Shown piece after piece: positions 1-9,574 of a stretch of 64,000 bases of DNA. A program made the position numbers and the translations under genes. The stretch is from the IMG/VR virus record IMGVR_UViG_3300032293_002041, positions 62,001-126,000 of that record; one strand, 5' to 3'. Numbering within the stretch: the stretch's first letter is position 1; every line of letters starts with the position of its first letter. Under the pieces are notes generated by a model that worked only from the letters and a program-made list of their open reading frames with translations, had not been told where the DNA came from and made no database searches.

Positions 1-387
1 ACCATACACGGAAGAGGGGTGTTCGCAAATCAAGACATTCAAGAGGGAGAGATTGTCGAAAGATGCCCAACTATAGCACTAGGTTTCAGATCCAGGTATC
101 ATAGTGATCCACAAATATATAGATATTTATATGGTCAACCAATGTGCCCATGTAATGAATGCAAAACACACGGATTCATTTTTCATATGGTTCTTGGCTA
201 TGGTATGATATATAATCACCAAGATAATGCAAATACTACTTGGAAATTTGATTATGCTAACTCTATTGCTGATGTAATAGCTAATCGAGACATAAAGAAG
301 GGCGACGAAATTTTTGTAGACTATGGAACAAAATATTTTCATGATATGGAAAAAATAGAATTAGATACTTATGCAAAAAATAATTGA
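1..387 (+). CDS. SET-domain protein (putative lysine methyltransferase), 5'-truncated
   Basis: Frame 1 is open from base 1 and reads TIHGRGVFANQDIQEGE (SET N-terminal GxG motif), then YNHQDNAN and IANRDIKKGDEIFVDYG (SET C-terminal motifs). Carries a CPCNECKTH insert. Confidence 0.85.
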   Translation, partial: TIHGRGVFANQDIQEGEIVERCPTIALGFRSRYHSDPQIYRYLYGQPMCPCNECKTHGFIFHMVLGYGMIYNHQDNANTTWKFDYANSIADVIANRDIKKGDEIFVDYGTKYFHDMEKIELDTYAKNN

Positions 388-1507
388 TGACACTAAATTA
401 GATTTTGATGATGTTTTGATAGTACCTCAAAGATCTACATTAACAAGCAGATCAGAGATAAATCTAGAAAGATCTTTTAGCTTTTATCATAGTCCAAGAA
501 TTTGGTCTGGCATTCCTATTATGTGTGCGAATATGAGCTTTGCCTCATTTGATATGGCCAATACTTTAAGTCAGTATAAGATGATAACATGTCTCCATAA
601 ATATCATACAGTGCAGCAATTATCTTCGTATTTTCTAGCCAATCCAAACTCTTTAAATTATGTTTGGATTTCTATTGGATATAAAAAATCTGATATAAAT
701 CACTTGCTAGAATTTTATCAAAAAACTGGTATGCAGCCCAATATTTGTATTGATGTACCTAATGGTCACATGGACGTATTTGTCAGATACTGTAAAAAAA
801 TTAGGGATCATTTTCCAGAATCAATTATAATGGCAGGAAATGTTACCAATCCATCGTCTACTCAAGAACTCCTTATATATGGGGGCGTAGACATTGTAAA
901 ATGTGGAGTTGGAGGAGGCAGTGCTTGTATGACAAGATTTATTACTGGATGTGGATATCCCCAGTTATCTTGTTGTTTAGATAACTCTTATGCGGCTCAT
1001 GGTCTACAAAACGGAGACAAGAAATTAGGATTAATTTGCTCAGATGGAGGTCACAAGCACAGTGGAGATGTATGTAAAGCTATGTGTGCTGGGGCAGACT
1101 TTATTATGCTGGGAGGATTTTTTTCTGGAACTGATGCCTGCGAAGGAGAATGGAAGCTAGAATATAAATGCGCAAAAGCTGGAATAGCATCTGAATTTTG
1201 GCAACCATTTGATCCAGGATATGAAACCGAAACCAGAAAAGTTAATTTCACATATTATGGAATGAGTTCCCATCATGCTCAAGACCAATACGAAGACGGT
1301 AAAAAAGATTATAGAGCATCCGAAGGCACAAAGATTACAGTTAAATATAAAGGACTAACTAAGGAAATAATTCAAGAATTGCTTGGAGGCATACGCTCTT
1401 GTTGCTGTTATATTGGATCTAATTCGATTAAAAATATGTCAAAATGCAGTCAATTCTGCAAAACAAATCAGATACATTCAAATAAAAACCCAGTCTTCGG
1501 AATATAA
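371..1507 (+). CDS. guaC: GMP reductase
   Basis: KLDFDDVLIVPQRSTLTSRS, ICIDVPNG, AGNV, GVGGGSACMTR (catalytic Cys), SDGG, YYGMSS, YRASEG; no CBS domains. Confidence 0.9.
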   Translation: MQKIIDDTKLDFDDVLIVPQRSTLTSRSEINLERSFSFYHSPRIWSGIPIMCANMSFASFDMANTLSQYKMITCLHKYHTVQQLSSYFLANPNSLNYVWISIGYKKSDINHLLEFYQKTGMQPNICIDVPNGHMDVFVRYCKKIRDHFPESIIMAGNVTNPSSTQELLIYGGVDIVKCGVGGGSACMTRFITGCGYPQLSCCLDNSYAAHGLQNGDKKLGLICSDGGHKHSGDVCKAMCAGADFIMLGGFFSGTDACEGEWKLEYKCAKAGIASEFWQPFDPGYETETRKVNFTYYGMSSHHAQDQYEDGKKDYRASEGTKITVKYKGLTKEIIQELLGGIRSCCCYIGSNSIKNMSKCSQFCKTNQIHSNKNPVFGI

Positions 1508-1510
1508 TTA

Positions 1511-2569
1511 ATGAACATACATTTACAGGCTCCTATTGGAGCAACAGGATATGGTAATGCAGCTCTGAATATACTAAAAGAAATAAATCGGGATCACGAT
1601 GTCTGCTTAACATCAATAGGAAATCCTCAGATTGAAAATAAGTCTGATGAAGATACTGTCCGCAGATGCATCAATAAACAAGTTAGCGTCCCGTACGATG
1701 CTGTATCAGTAAAAATATGGCATCAGTTCGATCTATTGAATAGATTAGGGCGAGGTAAATACTATGCATACCCCTTTTTTGAAATAGATACCTTCAATGC
1801 CTTAGAAAAACACCATCTTAATTTTCCAGATGAAATAATAGCTAGTAGTCAGTGGGCAAAACAAATATTGATTGATAATGGAATAGACAGACCAATAGGT
1901 ATTGTTCCTCTTGGAGTTAATCCTGATATTTTTTATCCCATTGAAGTAAAGAATAAACCCAAAAATTTTATTTTTATTACAATCGGCAAATGGGAAATTA
2001 GAAAAGCACATGATATTGTAATAGAGTGTTTTAATAATGCTTTCAATAGAGAAGATAATGTTGAGCTTTGGATGATAACCCATAACCCATTCCTCAATAG
2101 TCACCAAGAAGGTGAATGGCTTAGTATGGTTCAAAAATCTAAGCTTAAAGATAAAATTAAAGTTTTTCCCAGACTATCCTCTCAATATGAGCTTGCTCAA
2201 GCTATTGCTTATGCTGATTGTGGACTTTATGTTTCTAGGGCAGAAGGATGGAATCTTGAGCTATTGGAAACCATGTCAATGAATAAACCGGTTATCGCAA
2301 CAGATTATTCAGCACACACCGAATTTTGTAATAATGATAACGCTAGTCTAGTATCTATAGATGAAACTGAAAAAGCAATAGATAATAAATGGTTTCATGG
2401 TAATGGTAATTGGGCTAAAATTGGACCCAAACAAAAAGAACAAATTATTAACTATATGAGAGATATCTATAGAAATAATATTAATACCAATCTTAATGGT
2501 GTTGAGACAGGCAAGAAATTTACTTGGAAAAATTCGGCTAAGGAACTACTCAGGTGTATACATGACTAA
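1511..2569 (+). CDS. Glycosyltransferase, GT-B/GT4-like
   Basis: TGYG at N-terminus, VPLGVNPDIF, IGKWEIRK, SRAEGWNLELLE (EX7E), PVIAT. Confidence 0.85.
   Translation: MNIHLQAPIGATGYGNAALNILKEINRDHDVCLTSIGNPQIENKSDEDTVRRCINKQVSVPYDAVSVKIWHQFDLLNRLGRGKYYAYPFFEIDTFNALEKHHLNFPDEIIASSQWAKQILIDNGIDRPIGIVPLGVNPDIFYPIEVKNKPKNFIFITIGKWEIRKAHDIVIECFNNAFNREDNVELWMITHNPFLNSHQEGEWLSMVQKSKLKDKIKVFPRLSSQYELAQAIAYADCGLYVSRAEGWNLELLETMSMNKPVIATDYSAHTEFCNNDNASLVSIDETEKAIDNKWFHGNGNWAKIGPKQKEQIINYMRDIYRNNINTNLNGVETGKKFTWKNSAKELLRCIHD
2553..2560 (+). promoter_or_regulatory. GGTGTATW motif (putative phage promoter)
   Basis: GGTGTATA 20 nt upstream of ATG 2581, followed by SD AAGGAG. The same motif recurs at other gene boundaries. 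Confidence 0.5.
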
Positions 2570-2580
2570 AGGAGATTTTT

Positions 2581-3144
2581 ATGCCAATACCACAACCACA
2601 CAAAGATGAAGATAGACAAAAATTCGTAGCTCGTTGCATGGGCGACGAGGTTATGAAAAAGGAATATCCCGAAGCAAAACAAAGAGTTGCAATATGTCTT
2701 GGTCAAAGCCAAACTAAAAAATCAAAAAATAGTCTATTAGATAATGTTTTGGCTGTTTTAGGTTTTACATATGATTTTGATTGCGAGGATTGTGGAAATT
2801 CTGAAGAATTGACAATATCAAACTTATCTATTCCTAAAGAAGAAGACTATATAGATGCTGGAGAAGTAAGTGAAGATTACGATATTTCACATATAGTAGC
2901 ATCAGAATATCAAGGAAAAAAAGTAACACTTAATAAATACTTCAGAACTCCAGATGGTCCGAAAAAATTTAGCGTTTATGTTAAGAACGAAAAGGGCAAT
3001 GTTGTTAAAGTAAATTTTGGCGACCCAAATATGGAAATCAAGAAAGATATTCCTGCAAGAAGAAAAAGTTTTAGGGCAAGAATGAGGTGTGATAATCCAG
3101 GACCAAAATGGAAAGCTCGTTATTGGGCATGTAAGAGCTGGTAG
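2581..3144 (+). CDS. Conserved phage hypothetical protein with basic C-terminal domain
   Basis: Good RBS. The C-terminal KKFSVYVK...VNFGDPNM...RRKSFRARMRC...ARYWAC domain resembles one common in large phages. Confidence 0.7.
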   Translation: MPIPQPHKDEDRQKFVARCMGDEVMKKEYPEAKQRVAICLGQSQTKKSKNSLLDNVLAVLGFTYDFDCEDCGNSEELTISNLSIPKEEDYIDAGEVSEDYDISHIVASEYQGKKVTLNKYFRTPDGPKKFSVYVKNEKGNVVKVNFGDPNMEIKKDIPARRKSFRARMRCDNPGPKWKARYWACKSW

Positions 3145-3180
3145 AACAACTTTATATTAACTACAAATGGATTAATAATT

Positions 3181-3711
3181 ATGATTAAATCGATTAATGA
3201 ACTATTAAAAGATCAAGAAACATCAAAAGCTCAACAAGTTGAAGGATATACATCTGACGCAGTAATTGAGTTACTCAAGAAATCACTAAATATTCACTGG
3301 CAACAGACCACCTCGCTTTCTGCACAAGCTGTTCATCTAGACAGATGGGGCTATAAAAAATTAGCGTCTATTCTTAAAGAAGACGCTAAAGAAGAACACG
3401 AACATGCTATGATTAATTTAGCAAGATTAGAATTTTTTGATGAAGACTATCAACCACTAGTGGTTCAACCTCCAGTCTGGAATAGGCACGATATACTTGC
3501 TATGATTAGATATAATCTATCTTCAGTTCAAGAAGCGTCCGCTGCTGAAAGAGCAACCATAGTTGCGGCTAGATCAACCGGTGATGAGATGACTGCAAAT
3601 ATCATGATACCTTTACTACAAGGTAGCGAAGATGGAATTGCTTTATATGAGGGATATCTTAAGCTTATTGAGCAAATGGGATTGGATAACTTTCTTAGTA
3701 TACAAGTATGA
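3181..3711 (+). CDS. Bacterioferritin-like protein with degenerate ferroxidase centre
   Basis: HLDRWGYKKL, EEHEHA..RLEF and C-terminal IEQMGLDNFLSIQ follow the Bfr pattern; several iron ligands are substituted. Confidence 0.75.
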   Translation: MIKSINELLKDQETSKAQQVEGYTSDAVIELLKKSLNIHWQQTTSLSAQAVHLDRWGYKKLASILKEDAKEEHEHAMINLARLEFFDEDYQPLVVQPPVWNRHDILAMIRYNLSSVQEASAAERATIVAARSTGDEMTANIMIPLLQGSEDGIALYEGYLKLIEQMGLDNFLSIQV

Positions 3712-4352
3712 TAAATCTTAACTCATTAATTAGATATAAAGAAATTGAATCATTAGGATATGGTACTACATATATAGAAGAACCTGTTCCTGATATAGTA
3801 GATTTTGATTGGAAAAAAATTTTAGAAGCACCACCGTCTAATATGAGCAAAGAGACTTTTTTGGAGCTACAATTAATATCACGAGCAACTTTGCAGAGAA
3901 CTTCTGAAGACACTAAACTAGTAGAGATTATAGATCAAGATACTGATAGTGTTTTTATTGAATTGCTTAATCAATATGGTCTGGAATATCCCCAACCCAA
4001 AATATTAGAATTCTATAGTATAATTAAACCTATTGTACTAAACGTAAAATACCTATGGAATAGACCAAGACCGGCACAATTGGCCAAATATTATGACTTA
4101 AATATTGACGTTATTGTTACAGACACTCATCATACAGCTGCTTATCCATCTGGACATACGGTGTATAGTAGTTTGATTTCTAATATTATTCAATATTATT
4201 ACCCGACAGTAGACAAAAAAAAATTAGACTCATTGGTCAAAGACACAGAAAAAGCGAGAATACTACAAGGCGTACATTATCCCTCAGATAACCTAGCTTC
4301 AATAAAATTAACTAAATTCCTATTTAACAAACTAAAAGAGAAAATATTATGA
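3708..4352 (+). CDS. PAP2-superfamily acid phosphatase / haloperoxidase-like
   Basis: KYLWNRPRP (KX6RP), YPSGH, ARILQGVHYPSD (RX5HX3D). Confidence 0.85.
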   Translation: MINLNSLIRYKEIESLGYGTTYIEEPVPDIVDFDWKKILEAPPSNMSKETFLELQLISRATLQRTSEDTKLVEIIDQDTDSVFIELLNQYGLEYPQPKILEFYSIIKPIVLNVKYLWNRPRPAQLAKYYDLNIDVIVTDTHHTAAYPSGHTVYSSLISNIIQYYYPTVDKKKLDSLVKDTEKARILQGVHYPSDNLASIKLTKFLFNKLKEKIL

Positions 4353-4840
4353 ACAGATTTTATCAGATTCTAGACTCAATACAATCTTTTGTATCAATTT
4401 CTAACGACAGCACATGTGCGTCTAACGATAACTTGGAAGAGTACAAACAAGATTTTTATGAGATGAATATAGGATCATTGAAAGCTATAGCCTCTCATGC
4501 TCAAGCAATATTAGATTCTGTCAACGACCCAAAAATTAAAGAAAACTTGACAGAAAGCTGGCTACAGGGTAAAATCGCTATCACAGAGGATTACATGCGC
4601 ACAATCCACGATTTTGTAAAGTATGTACCGTCGGATGACGATGATAGTTTAGCCAAAGACAAGACTGGATTATGGGACAATATCAGAAAGAAAAAAGAAA
4701 AAGAAGGCAAAAAATATCGTCCAGCAAAAAGGGGCGACGAAGATAGACCGGATCCCAAAATGTGGAAAAAATTAACACAAGGCAATAAGGTGTGTAGTCA
4801 TTGTGGACTAGCTACCGGATGCTGTATGTGTGGTGGATAA
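4349..4840 (+). CDS. Hypothetical protein
   Basis: ATGA-coupled ORF with a basic GLWDNIRKKK segment and a Cys-rich tail (CSHCG..GCCMC). Confidence 0.65.
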   Translation: MNRFYQILDSIQSFVSISNDSTCASNDNLEEYKQDFYEMNIGSLKAIASHAQAILDSVNDPKIKENLTESWLQGKIAITEDYMRTIHDFVKYVPSDDDDSLAKDKTGLWDNIRKKKEKEGKKYRPAKRGDEDRPDPKMWKKLTQGNKVCSHCGLATGCCMCGG

Positions 4841-4895
4841 TAGTCAGTTGATTTTAGGACATTAATTTACTTAGGACTTTTACAAAGGACAACCC

Positions 4896-5480
4896 ATGGA
4901 AAAAGAATATGATAGTCTGTCTACATATATAATTTTAGCTAAAAAGATTATATCAAAATTTGCACCAGGATTTTATTCTTCATTAAGACAAGAACTATTA
5001 TCTAATGAAGATGCAATAGCAGATATAGCATCCGCAATCATGATAGGAGACTGGAGATGGGACAAGGATAGAACCGGATTTGAGGGAAAGTCTAAGACTA
5101 AATATTCTTACAGAAATCAATGTGGCATATGGGCCATTAAGACATATCTATCTAATAAGTACAGGAAACAGAATAATCATTACTCTCTAGATAATATTAA
5201 TAAAGATCTTGATATTAGCTTTACAGATAATATTGAAGATAAACCAGAGTATGACCCATCATTAATAGCTGAACAAAATGAATATCATGAAGCACTAAAA
5301 GACAATATTGAAAATATCTTATCATGCGGACTCATATCAGAAAAGCAAAAAGAGCAGATAAAGCAATATTACTTTGAAGATAAGACTCTTTCTGAAATTG
5401 GTGCTAATTTTGGAGTTACTAGAGAAGCTATCAGACAAAATATTCAGAAGGGATTGTCAAAGATTAGAGAATATGTTTAA
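4896..5480 (+). CDS. Phage RNA polymerase sigma70-family factor
   Basis: C-terminal region 4 HTH: ISEKQKEQIKQYYFEDKTLSEIGANFGVTREAIRQ; region-2-like N-terminal half. Confidence 0.8.
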   Translation: MEKEYDSLSTYIILAKKIISKFAPGFYSSLRQELLSNEDAIADIASAIMIGDWRWDKDRTGFEGKSKTKYSYRNQCGIWAIKTYLSNKYRKQNNHYSLDNINKDLDISFTDNIEDKPEYDPSLIAEQNEYHEALKDNIENILSCGLISEKQKEQIKQYYFEDKTLSEIGANFGVTREAIRQNIQKGLSKIREYV

Positions 5481-5820
5481 TACAACAATATATTTATATG
5501 TAGTATCTTTCGATCTTGATAAAGATGAACAATGTTTTATTTCGATATCAGAAAACAGATTTATACCATTATCAATTAATTTAAATACTGATGATCTATC
5601 AATAGAGGAATATCTAGAAACTTTATTTGAACAAAATATTTCTTTGGCTTTTGGGTGGGTGAAAACTAAACTATTAGATGTTGTTAAGCAAAAGGAAAAT
5701 ATTAATATACATTACTCTTGTGTTGTCCCGCCTGACACCCCTCTCAAGAACTGTTATTATACTAGTGCAAATCTAGCTATTGTTAACCGTTTTGCAAGAA
5801 AAGCATTATTATATGTTTAA
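5473..5820 (+). CDS. Hypothetical protein
   Basis: ATG at 5473 overlaps the end of the sigma gene; in frame with ORF 5374..5820. Confidence 0.6.
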   Translation: MFNTTIYLYVVSFDLDKDEQCFISISENRFIPLSINLNTDDLSIEEYLETLFEQNISLAFGWVKTKLLDVVKQKENINIHYSCVVPPDTPLKNCYYTSANLAIVNRFARKALLYV

Positions 5821-6277
5821 ATTTTTATGGCAATTTTTCAATACCACTAAATTAGTAGGAAAAACAGAAGAGTTTGTTAAACCGACTGAAGAAGAAAAGG
5901 AAGAGCCAAAAGAAGACAAGCATTCTACTAAAATAGAAAAAGATTATTTGTGTAGTCTTAGTCTACAATTAAATTATGATGGTACAGTAAACATCATTTG
6001 TTATTGGCCTAGTTTTGAGAAACTAGAACCATCTATGATTGATTCAATTGCTAATCAATATGCTACTATGATATTTATGACAAACAATGGCCTATTAAAA
6101 AAGGATATAGTTGAAACTCTTTCTGATGTTTTGGGTTCGGAAGATCCATTTGACGCATATTTTGTTCATCAGGTATTAGCTAAGTGGTTAGAAATAACTG
6201 AAAAAACAGAGCAAACCCTAAATAGCAAACCATTCATCAAGCCGTCTAGTGTATTTAAAAACTATATGACTAAATAG
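5813..6277 (+). CDS. Hypothetical protein
   Basis: ATG at 5813 coupled to the upstream stop. Confidence 0.6.
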   Translation: MFKFLWQFFNTTKLVGKTEEFVKPTEEEKEEPKEDKHSTKIEKDYLCSLSLQLNYDGTVNIICYWPSFEKLEPSMIDSIANQYATMIFMTNNGLLKKDIVETLSDVLGSEDPFDAYFVHQVLAKWLEITEKTEQTLNSKPFIKPSSVFKNYMTK

Positions 6278-6301
6278 TTTACAACTAATAATAGGATCAA
6301 A

Positions 6302-6736
6302 ATGAGAAATGTCTATGGAGAAGATAATCTAATAGTTTGGCAAAAATGGTTTGATCCTTTTGGAGCAGACGATGAGGTTTCTATAGACCCTAGTATTAAT
6401 GAATCTAACAACATAGACGAAGAAGATGAGATTCCTGGCGTTGAAGATCAAATATCTCATCATCAAAAAATGAGAGCGATAGCTACCCCTATGGGTTTAA
6501 TCCCATATACAGAAAACACTGCTTCCAGTAAAATTTTTAATTTTTGGGTAGGTCATTCTAACTTCAATATTAATGAACATGTAATTGATATTATAGAAAA
6601 TACGGACGGCGTTGAAACCCTTGATGTATTTACTAGATATAGATTTAGAATAGCCATAGGGAAGGTTTTTGATGATGCAAAAGTAATGAAAGAGATTAAC
6701 GATCAAGTCTATAGGTACTTACATGGTAGCCAATAA
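6302..6736 (+). CDS. Hypothetical protein
   Basis: SD AGGA precedes ATG; 144 aa, co-oriented with neighbours. Confidence 0.65.
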   Translation: MRNVYGEDNLIVWQKWFDPFGADDEVSIDPSINESNNIDEEDEIPGVEDQISHHQKMRAIATPMGLIPYTENTASSKIFNFWVGHSNFNINEHVIDIIENTDGVETLDVFTRYRFRIAIGKVFDDAKVMKEINDQVYRYLHGSQ

Positions 6737-7394
6737 CGACACAGAACTTAATGACATTCATAATTTTAATATTAATCCAAAAACAAGAGAAGTATTTCTG
6801 CACTCATATTTAGATGGAGAAGAAGAAGGTGGTGTAGATTATAGATCAGCTGTAGTATTTGAAAAAAATATTAGATACCTAAATACTCTCTCAGATGAAT
6901 CTATACTAGTTCATATGCACCTTCCTGGAGGGGACTGGCAGGACTGCTTGGGTATTTATGATACCATAAGATTTTCTAAGGCAAAAATTATTATCTTAGC
7001 CTATGCTAAAGTAGAATCCTCAAGTAGCGTTATACTGCAAGCTGCGCCGCTAAGAGTTTTAATGCCAAATACCAATCTCATGATTCATTATGGATCATTT
7101 AGTATTGATGCAGAACATAGCAAAGCCGCTGCTGCTGGCATAAATTGGAATGAACAAGAGTGTGATAAAATGATTGATATTTTTACTGACCGATGTATGC
7201 AGAGCGAGATGGCTAAATTAAAAAATTGGAAAAGAATGATGGCTAAAAAACATATCACTTCACAACTGGCTAATAAGTGTGACTGGATACTAAAAGCACA
7301 AGAAGCAGTAGAATATGGATTCGCTGACGGTGTATTAGGAGATAAGAAATACTCAACTATAGATTCTCTTAAATCCTATAAGTTTAAAAAATGA
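6723..7394 (+). CDS. clpP: ClpP-like serine protease
   Basis: HLPGGD, VESSSSVILQA (nucleophile Ser region), MPNTNLMIH (catalytic His), DWILKAQEAVEYGFADGV. Confidence 0.8.
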   Translation: MVANNDTELNDIHNFNINPKTREVFLHSYLDGEEEGGVDYRSAVVFEKNIRYLNTLSDESILVHMHLPGGDWQDCLGIYDTIRFSKAKIIILAYAKVESSSSVILQAAPLRVLMPNTNLMIHYGSFSIDAEHSKAAAAGINWNEQECDKMIDIFTDRCMQSEMAKLKNWKRMMAKKHITSQLANKCDWILKAQEAVEYGFADGVLGDKKYSTIDSLKSYKFKK

Positions 7395-8044
7395 TCATAG
7401 AATTTTCAACATATGATATCTCGCTATCTGATCAAGAGATAAAAACAAGTTTAGAAAAAGCTATAGTTTTTAAACCTAAAACTATCTGCTTGCTCCCTCC
7501 ACACATAAAGATGACCAAAAATCTTGTTCCAGACGATATTTTAGTATCAACTGTTATAGACTACCCTCTTGGAGTTTTGGATACCAAAAACCGAAATCAA
7601 GCCATAGAGTCATCCATCAAGTCTGGCGCACAAATTATTAATGTTGTTGCTCAACCTTATTATTTTTGCAATAGAAAATATGACAAATTTAAAGATGATA
7701 TTAAAAGTAATCTAGAAATTTGCAATAAATATTCCGTGGAGTTAAGATATATTTTAGAGTATAGAGTTTTTACATATGAATTACTCTATAAAGTATCTCA
7801 AATTTTATTAGATCTTGGAGTATATACCATATATCCATCTACAGGATATCAATTAGACGATATTAGTGACAATATTTTAGCATCAGCACTGATAAATAAA
7901 AAAGTTCCCATCAATATCATTTGTAATGGAAATATTTGGAATATTAGCCAAATTACTAACATAAATAAGGGCAATTTGTATGGATTGAAGGTTAATTCTA
8001 TTAATGCTTTAAAATTATTATCTAAAAATAATCAGTCTTCTTAA
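7391..8044 (+). CDS. Deoxyribose-phosphate aldolase (DeoC)-like protein, probably catalytically inactive
   Basis: TVIDYPLG, GAQIINVV, YILE, YPSTG match the DeoC scaffold, but the catalytic Asp and Lys positions are substituted. Confidence 0.7.
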   Translation: MIIEFSTYDISLSDQEIKTSLEKAIVFKPKTICLLPPHIKMTKNLVPDDILVSTVIDYPLGVLDTKNRNQAIESSIKSGAQIINVVAQPYYFCNRKYDKFKDDIKSNLEICNKYSVELRYILEYRVFTYELLYKVSQILLDLGVYTIYPSTGYQLDDISDNILASALINKKVPINIICNGNIWNISQITNINKGNLYGLKVNSINALKLLSKNNQSS

Positions 8045-8091
8045 GTTTTAGGGTATACTAATAATAGTTTTCTAACACAATGGAGATTACC

Positions 8092-8634
8092 ATGGCAACA
8101 GCAAAAGTTAACGGTTCATCATATACTATTCCTCCAAATAGAAATGCTAGTGGCTCCCAAAATAATCGTGGTTCTGCTGCTAGAACAGGTTCTTCAAGCA
8201 CATTATCAACCGTATCTGTCTCAAGATACAATACAACAGTATTTGCTTCAACTGTTATTAATAACGGTTGGGCAGATAAGGCTGTTGATGCTGGCACATT
8301 TGCCTACAGCGATAGTAATGGCGTGGGAATGAGATATACCACAACACTAGCTGGCGTTAGCAACAATGCTTTACGAAGTGGCGCTGACGTTCCATCACTA
8401 GTTGAAGGTATTCATCGCCTAAGAGTTCTTAGAACACGCAGATTTACCACAGCAATTAGGGCCAACAAGTATAATAGATTTACTGGTCAATTCGAAGGCG
8501 GTTATCCAGTAGTAGCTAGTGACTCATTAGCAACTGACGTAGCTGCCACCCCAACCAGAGCAGTCCCAGGTAAAATTGTTTACAAGCTCGGCCAGCCTGT
8601 ACCATCTACTCAGAATTATTCATCTGAGTCTTGA
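8092..8634 (+). CDS. Putative virion structural protein (Ser/Thr/Ala-rich)
   Basis: GGAG SD before ATG 8092; composition typical of structural proteins; followed by a terminator. Confidence 0.55.
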   Translation: MATAKVNGSSYTIPPNRNASGSQNNRGSAARTGSSSTLSTVSVSRYNTTVFASTVINNGWADKAVDAGTFAYSDSNGVGMRYTTTLAGVSNNALRSGADVPSLVEGIHRLRVLRTRRFTTAIRANKYNRFTGQFEGGYPVVASDSLATDVAATPTRAVPGKIVYKLGQPVPSTQNYSSES

Positions 8635-8657
8635 TTATTACTATAAGTTTGTTGCAC

Positions 8658-8695
8658 AAAGGCCACTGATACCTATGGTGTCTGTGGCTTTTGTT
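8658..8695 (+). terminator. Intrinsic terminator
   Basis: AAAGGCCAC-TGATACC-TAT-GGTGTCT-GTGGCTTTT hairpin followed by a T-rich tract. Confidence 0.65.
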
Positions 8696-8713
8696 CTTTA
8701 ATGGAGAATAATT

Positions 8714-9028
8714 ATGCATGAAAGTCATGTCTGGCAAATATTAGCAACCACCTGTTTTGGTATTATCGTAACCCTAGTAACATTTTGGGCCACAATAGTA
8801 CGCAATATGGTAACTAAGTCAGAGATCGAAAATCTAATACAAACCCATTCTCCATATATGCAAGATAGGCAATTTATTATGGAGAGATTGGCCTCTAATA
8901 AAGAAACCCAAACAGCTTTTTCTAATGCTCTTCAAAGAAATACGGAAGTTATGACTGAGCTTAAAATCCAGATTGCAACACTTGGTAAAACATTAGAGGC
9001 TTTGGAAGATAGAATCGAAAGACCCTAA
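8714..9028 (+). CDS. Single-TM coiled-coil protein (holin/XhlA-like)
   Basis: N-terminal hydrophobic helix, C-terminal heptads (IATLGKTLEALEDRIE), GGAG SD. Confidence 0.45.
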   Translation: MHESHVWQILATTCFGIIVTLVTFWATIVRNMVTKSEIENLIQTHSPYMQDRQFIMERLASNKETQTAFSNALQRNTEVMTELKIQIATLGKTLEALEDRIERP

Positions 9029-9029
9029 A

Positions 9030-9042
9030 TGTGTATTTATAA
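9030..9042 (+). promoter_or_regulatory. GGTGTATW-like motif
   Basis: TGTGTATTTATAA directly after stop 9028, upstream of ATG 9081. Confidence 0.4.
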
Positions 9043-9080
9043 CTAGTTAAATTTATCATCAATTCAAATTGGAGATTAAA

Positions 9081-9302
9081 ATGTCAAGACCATTCACTGA
9101 TATAACAGTAGCTATTTCAGGTAATCCTATCAAAAACGGAACATTGGTTGATACTACTAGCAAAACTGGATATTATTCTCATTATGATCGTTATGTGCTC
9201 AATACTCCGGCTTCAGGCACTATAGCTAATAAGTATGGCTATAGATTTTATAATGGTATTTTTGTAGAATTAGTCGGCAACCAAACAGTAATAGGTGGAT
9301 AA
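9081..9302 (+). CDS. Small hypothetical (possibly structural) protein
   Basis: GGAG SD before ATG 9081. Confidence 0.55.
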   Translation: MSRPFTDITVAISGNPIKNGTLVDTTSKTGYYSHYDRYVLNTPASGTIANKYGYRFYNGIFVELVGNQTVIGG

Positions 9303-9562
9303 TGAGTATTCAAAGAATAAATGATTTTCCATTAGCCAGTGGATTAACTAGCGACGATATATTTCTAATCATGGACGACCCATCAGGATCTGCTTTAACA
9401 AAAAAAGTATCGGTATCTGTGCTTCATTCTGGATTAGTTCAAAGTAATACTGGTTTAGTTAATAATTCTGTCCGTATCACAAACATGATTAGTATCTCTC
9501 AAAGTAACTACGACAGTCTCGCCACAAAAGATGCTAATACCTTATATATAGTTAATGGTTAA
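9302..9562 (+). CDS. Tail-fibre-associated small protein
   Basis: RINDFPLASGLTSDDIFLI and ISQSNYDSLATKDANTLYIV are motifs typical of phage fibre/adaptor segments. Confidence 0.55.
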   Translation: MSIQRINDFPLASGLTSDDIFLIMDDPSGSALTKKVSVSVLHSGLVQSNTGLVNNSVRITNMISISQSNYDSLATKDANTLYIVNG

Positions 9563-9574
9563 GGACAAATTTGT

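Noticed and set aside
3708-4352. Vanadium haloperoxidase call
   Set aside because: The motifs are shared with acid phosphatases and the protein is short; the two cannot be distinguished from sequence alone.
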